Virus record (IMG/VR): IMGVR_UViG_3300043640_000350
Coordinates: 1 to 26,551 of that record
Length of the DNA: 26,551 nucleotides
Direction: 5' to 3' (one strand)
From: a virus
Taxonomy: Duplodnaviria > Caudoviricetes
Made by a program: the position numbers and the translations under genes. The notes beneath the pieces were generated by a model, which worked only from the letters and a program-made list of their open reading frames with translations, was not told the origin of the DNA and searched no databases. This document shows, piece by piece, positions 23,451-26,551 of the stretch (positions are counted from its first letter, which is position 1; each line of letters begins with the position of its first letter).

Positions 23451-25325
23451 ATGCAGGTGGCCGAGATCGTGGACACCAGCGCCAATCCGGCTGGCGGCAC
23501 TGCCGTAGCCGACGAGGCGAAGTGGTACAACAGCGCGGGCGACATGCTCACGAACCGGCTCCCCGAGCTGGTCAAGGGCGCGGGTTTTGCCCGTCCGGGC
23601 GGCAATCAGCCGCTCACCGACGAGAAAGAGATCCTGGACCGCGCGTTCCTCGCCAACAAGGCGATCAAGGCGTCGGTGACCAAGTCTCACACCGACCCGC
23701 AGTCGGTCGTGGCCGGGATCAACCCCGCGTTCTCCAGTCAGTTCGGGGCGTTCACCGCCGCGATGGGGATGCCGGGCCAGAACCCGATGAAGCAGATGAC
23801 CGACCAGGTCTCGACGATCCTGTCCGAGGCGCTCGGCAAGAACATCACCCTGAACTCGCCGCTGGCGGGTTCGGCGCTCGGGTCGGCTGGTTTCGTGCCC
23901 TACGACCTGGTCAGCCCCTCGCGGCTCATCTACCCGGTCTACAGCCCGCTGCGGAACAAGATTCCGCGTGTGCCGGGCCAGGGCACCAGCCGCCAGGCCA
24001 AGGTCGTCACCGGCATCTCCGGTTCGGGTACGGGCAGCGCCGGTCAGTTCATCGACATCAGCTCCGCCGAGACCACCCCGCAGTCCAACAACTACGGCAC
24101 GAACATGCCGGGCACTACGGGCAGCCAGTCGGCCACCCAGATCAACGTGCCGTACAAGTTCTTCGCGCTGTCCGAGTCCCTGTCGTGGCTGGCCCAGTTC
24201 TCGGGTCAGGGCTTCGAGGACATCTCGGCGCTGGCGAACCTGATCCTCCTTCAGGAGTTCATGCTGAACGAGGAAGCGGCGATGATCGCGGGTACCACGA
24301 CCGCCATCGCCGCTCCCACCACGGCCGTCACGCTGGCCCTGCGCACCGCCGGGGCGAACGAGACCGGTCTGCCCGCATCGTCCCACTTCTGGGTCACGGT
24401 CACCGCTGCGAACTATTTCGGCGAGACCGTGATGAACACCCAGTCGGCCGACCTCGGCGCCGTTCTGGGCACCCAGGTCATCGACGTCACGCTGCCCCAG
24501 AACCTGCCCGCCGGGGCGATGTTCTGGAACGTTTACGTGAACAACCAGGCCGCCGGTGCCCCGACCCAGTCCACCATGTACCGGTATGCCACCGGCATCG
24601 GCGGACGTCGGCTCACCGTTCAGGGTCCGACCATTCCCAACTCGGTGACCCCGGCGACGCCGAATCCGCCGGTCACGGCCGGACCGACCAACGGCGCAAA
24701 CCGGATCACCGGCATCATCCCGACCCTTGCGGGTCAGGACACCGGCGCCGGTTACCCGACGGGCGTCGGCTGGCAGGCCGGGTACTACAACCCGAACGTC
24801 GGGACGCACCTGACGTACAACAGCGTCTACCAGATGCTGAACGGGTTGTGGAACGGCGACCCCAAGTACGGCAACGTGGGTGGCGCGTTCAAGGCCGACC
24901 CGTCCGAGCTGATCGGTAACAGCACGGATATCATGAACCTGTCCAACGACGTGCTGCAGGTCGGTGCCGCGACCAACTACCGGCTCACGGTCGAGCAGGG
25001 CGACACCTCCGGGGTTCGCATCGGTGCGGCCGTCAGTGAGTTCCAGAACCCGGTCACCCGGTCGGTTCTGAAGCTCCTGGTTCACCCGTGGTGGCCTCAG
25101 GGCACGGTCGCGGGCATGTCCTACTCGCTCCCGTTCTCTTGGTCCAACATCTCCAACGTCTGGGAGATGACCATGGTCCAGGACTACCTGAGCATCTCTT
25201 GGCCCGTTATCGACCCGACGTTCCGCTACTCGATGTTCATGTACGGCGCCCTGGTCTGCAACGCCCCCCAGTACTGCGGGCTCATGCAGGGCATCCAGGC
25301 GTCTGACCTGACCCCCTTCGCGTGA
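23451..25325 (+). CDS. Major capsid protein with internal beta-sandwich insertion
   Basis: AGGAAGG RBS, position after protease, strong codon bias. YDL..P..LIYP..SPLRNKIPRV and EEAAMIAG are HK97-fold MCP-like, ending GALVCNAPQYCG..QGI. Confidence 0.85.
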   Translation: MQVAEIVDTSANPAGGTAVADEAKWYNSAGDMLTNRLPELVKGAGFARPGGNQPLTDEKEILDRAFLANKAIKASVTKSHTDPQSVVAGINPAFSSQFGAFTAAMGMPGQNPMKQMTDQVSTILSEALGKNITLNSPLAGSALGSAGFVPYDLVSPSRLIYPVYSPLRNKIPRVPGQGTSRQAKVVTGISGSGTGSAGQFIDISSAETTPQSNNYGTNMPGTTGSQSATQINVPYKFFALSESLSWLAQFSGQGFEDISALANLILLQEFMLNEEAAMIAGTTTAIAAPTTAVTLALRTAGANETGLPASSHFWVTVTAANYFGETVMNTQSADLGAVLGTQVIDVTLPQNLPAGAMFWNVYVNNQAAGAPTQSTMYRYATGIGGRRLTVQGPTIPNSVTPATPNPPVTAGPTNGANRITGIIPTLAGQDTGAGYPTGVGWQAGYYNPNVGTHLTYNSVYQMLNGLWNGDPKYGNVGGAFKADPSELIGNSTDIMNLSNDVLQVGAATNYRLTVEQGDTSGVRIGAAVSEFQNPVTRSVLKLLVHPWWPQGTVAGMSYSLPFSWSNISNVWEMTMVQDYLSISWPVIDPTFRYSMFMYGALVCNAPQYCGLMQGIQASDLTPFA

Positions 25326-25567
25326 CCAGCGTCGGAACCTCTGCTGTTCTCCTCACCAGCAATTCGGGCGCGGTGAATTGGACGGTGACCAACGCGGGTC
25401 CGGAAACGGTCTACCTCGGGTCGACCAACGGGGTGACGATCGGCAACGGATCGGTCTTGTTCGCGGGGGACAGCTTCACCACGTCTTCCCATTCCGCTGG
25501 TGCCCATGAGCTTTACGGGATCACGGCGGGTGGCACGACCAACGTGTCGGTCCTCGTTACGACCTGA
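25322..25567 (+). CDS. Small beta-rich head decoration-like protein
   Basis: GTGA overlap with the MCP stop; paralogous to the next gene. Confidence 0.6.
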   Translation: MTSVGTSAVLLTSNSGAVNWTVTNAGPETVYLGSTNGVTIGNGSVLFAGDSFTTSSHSAGAHELYGITAGGTTNVSVLVTT

Positions 25568-25577
25568 CCGGAGTGTG

Positions 25578-25608
25578 AGGGGGGCCGGATTGACCCACCG
25601 GCCCCCCT
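25578..25608 (+). terminator. Hairpin after the capsid genes (terminator or mRNA stabiliser)
   Basis: AGGGGGGCCGG (25578-25588) / CCGGCCCCCCT (25598-25608); weak U tract. Confidence 0.55.
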
Positions 25609-25626
25609 TCACGGAAAGGACATCGA

Positions 25627-26121
25627 ATGGCAATACTCCCGAACATCAATGGGATCGGTACCGCGCCGACCTTGATCTGGAACCCGTCGAGCAACCGCGA
25701 GAACCAGACCATCACCAACATCGGCTTGTCCACCCTGTACCTGGGTGGCGCCGGGGTCGACCCGGGCAACGGTTTGCCGTTCCCTCCCGGCAGCCAGGCC
25801 GAGCTGGTTCGCAATTCCGGCTCGCTTTACGCTTGCACCGGTCCGGGCGCCCCCGTTGCCGGGGGTGGTTCGACCACGCTCTCGGCGGCCGTTGCGTCTG
25901 GCGTGACCACGGTTCCCGCGACCTCTGCTACCAACTTCGCTACGGGCGACACGGTGGTCATCGGGTCCGGTTCCGATGCCGAGACCCGCAAGATCACGGT
26001 TGCGTCGCTGAACTTCTCGTTCACTCCAGCGTTGTCCTACGACCACGCGGCCACTGACACCATCGTCGAGGTCGCGGTTCCGGGCCAGGGCGCCGTCTCG
26101 GTCTCGGTGGGGGTTCAGTAG
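25627..26121 (+). CDS. Head decoration-like structural protein
   Basis: AAAGGA RBS; shares TN.G..T.YLG...V...NG with the previous gene. Confidence 0.65.
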   Translation: MAILPNINGIGTAPTLIWNPSSNRENQTITNIGLSTLYLGGAGVDPGNGLPFPPGSQAELVRNSGSLYACTGPGAPVAGGGSTTLSAAVASGVTTVPATSATNFATGDTVVIGSGSDAETRKITVASLNFSFTPALSYDHAATDTIVEVAVPGQGAVSVSVGVQ

Positions 26122-26123
26122 TC

Positions 26124-26405
26124 GTGAGCCAGCGAGTGGAGTTGCCGGGGGGCTGCTACGGGCTGGACGTGCCCGGCGGTGGCAAGTACGACGCGACCCG
26201 CAGCGGCGGTCACGTCGTGGTTTCTGACGATGACGCTCGTAAGATCAAGTCAGCCAATGGCGAGAACGGCATGCTGACAGCGGGCGCCGGGCTCGTCATC
26301 GGTACCAGGCGTGGCCAGCGATGCACGTCCCAAACGTGCAGATTCCTGGCCCAAGCGTGGGTGCGCTCGTGCCCGCGCTGCAGTTCACCAACGACAGAGG
26401 AGTAG
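26124..26405 (+). CDS. Hypothetical protein with C-terminal Zn ribbon
   Basis: CTSQTC...CPRC; co-oriented with the head operon. Confidence 0.65.
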   Translation: MSQRVELPGGCYGLDVPGGGKYDATRSGGHVVVSDDDARKIKSANGENGMLTAGAGLVIGTRRGQRCTSQTCRFLAQAWVRSCPRCSSPTTEE

Positions 26406-26407
26406 CT

Positions 26408-26551
26408 GTGACGCTTTATGCACGATCCGATGTGCAGGCGGTCGCTCTCGGTGGAGTGGATCACACGCACCGCAGGCCCATGCGCAAGGACAACACCCCG
26501 GTTCGACGCTGGGGGCTGGATTGCCCGACCTGCGAGACGATGTTGGACGAC
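26408..26551 (+). CDS. Hypothetical protein, 3'-partial (MTLYARSDVQAVALGG...CPTCE)
   Basis: GAGGAG RBS and GTG start; frame open to the window end. Not in the ORF track. Confidence 0.6.
   Translation, partial: MTLYARSDVQAVALGGVDHTHRRPMRKDNTPVRRWGLDCPTCETMLDD

Noticed and set aside
10854-25085. Long minus-strand ORFs (10854-12035, 12894-14915, 16243-17685, 19880-21130, 21535-23229, 23334-25085) and the alternate-frame + ORF 23354-24919
   Set aside because: Shadow frames of well-supported genes in GC-rich DNA; no recognisable motifs.
1-26551. tRNA, rRNA, integrase/att site or IS element
   Set aside because: No cloverleaf, recombinase or transposase motifs recognised by eye; prophage versus free phage cannot be decided from this window.

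Overview
GC-rich tailed dsDNA phage or prophage, most likely an actinobacteriophage. The window covers the packaging and head module. Left end (+ strand): a dUTPase fusion (5'-truncated), a Zn-finger/HTH gene, terS, terL and a few small genes. About 4.3-9.8 kb: a mostly leftward island of small unknown genes between terL and portal. It carries seven copies of one promoter-like motif and an apparently non-coding, highly base-paired ~375-nt unit with its own promoter and terminator (candidate ncRNA). 9.9-18.3 kb: four translationally coupled genes encoding portal, MuF/gp7-like, ParB-like and a stand-alone protein. Each carries the same tag, K-VGPKGY[IVE]H[GN]W, followed by a C-terminal enzyme: three ADP-ribosyltransferase-like domains with different catalytic loops and one HExxH zinc peptidase. 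In three of the four, a CarD/UvrD-type Tudor-like module sits between tag and enzyme. Right end: fibre/decoration-type genes, an HK97-type prohead protease-scaffold, the major capsid protein and small head genes. Main hypothesis (inference): a modular capsid-packaged effector system in which cargo enzymes are cut off head proteins at [LVIM]-x-K sites and delivered into the host, possibly to RNA polymerase. All family calls are from motif recognition by eye; no database searches were run.
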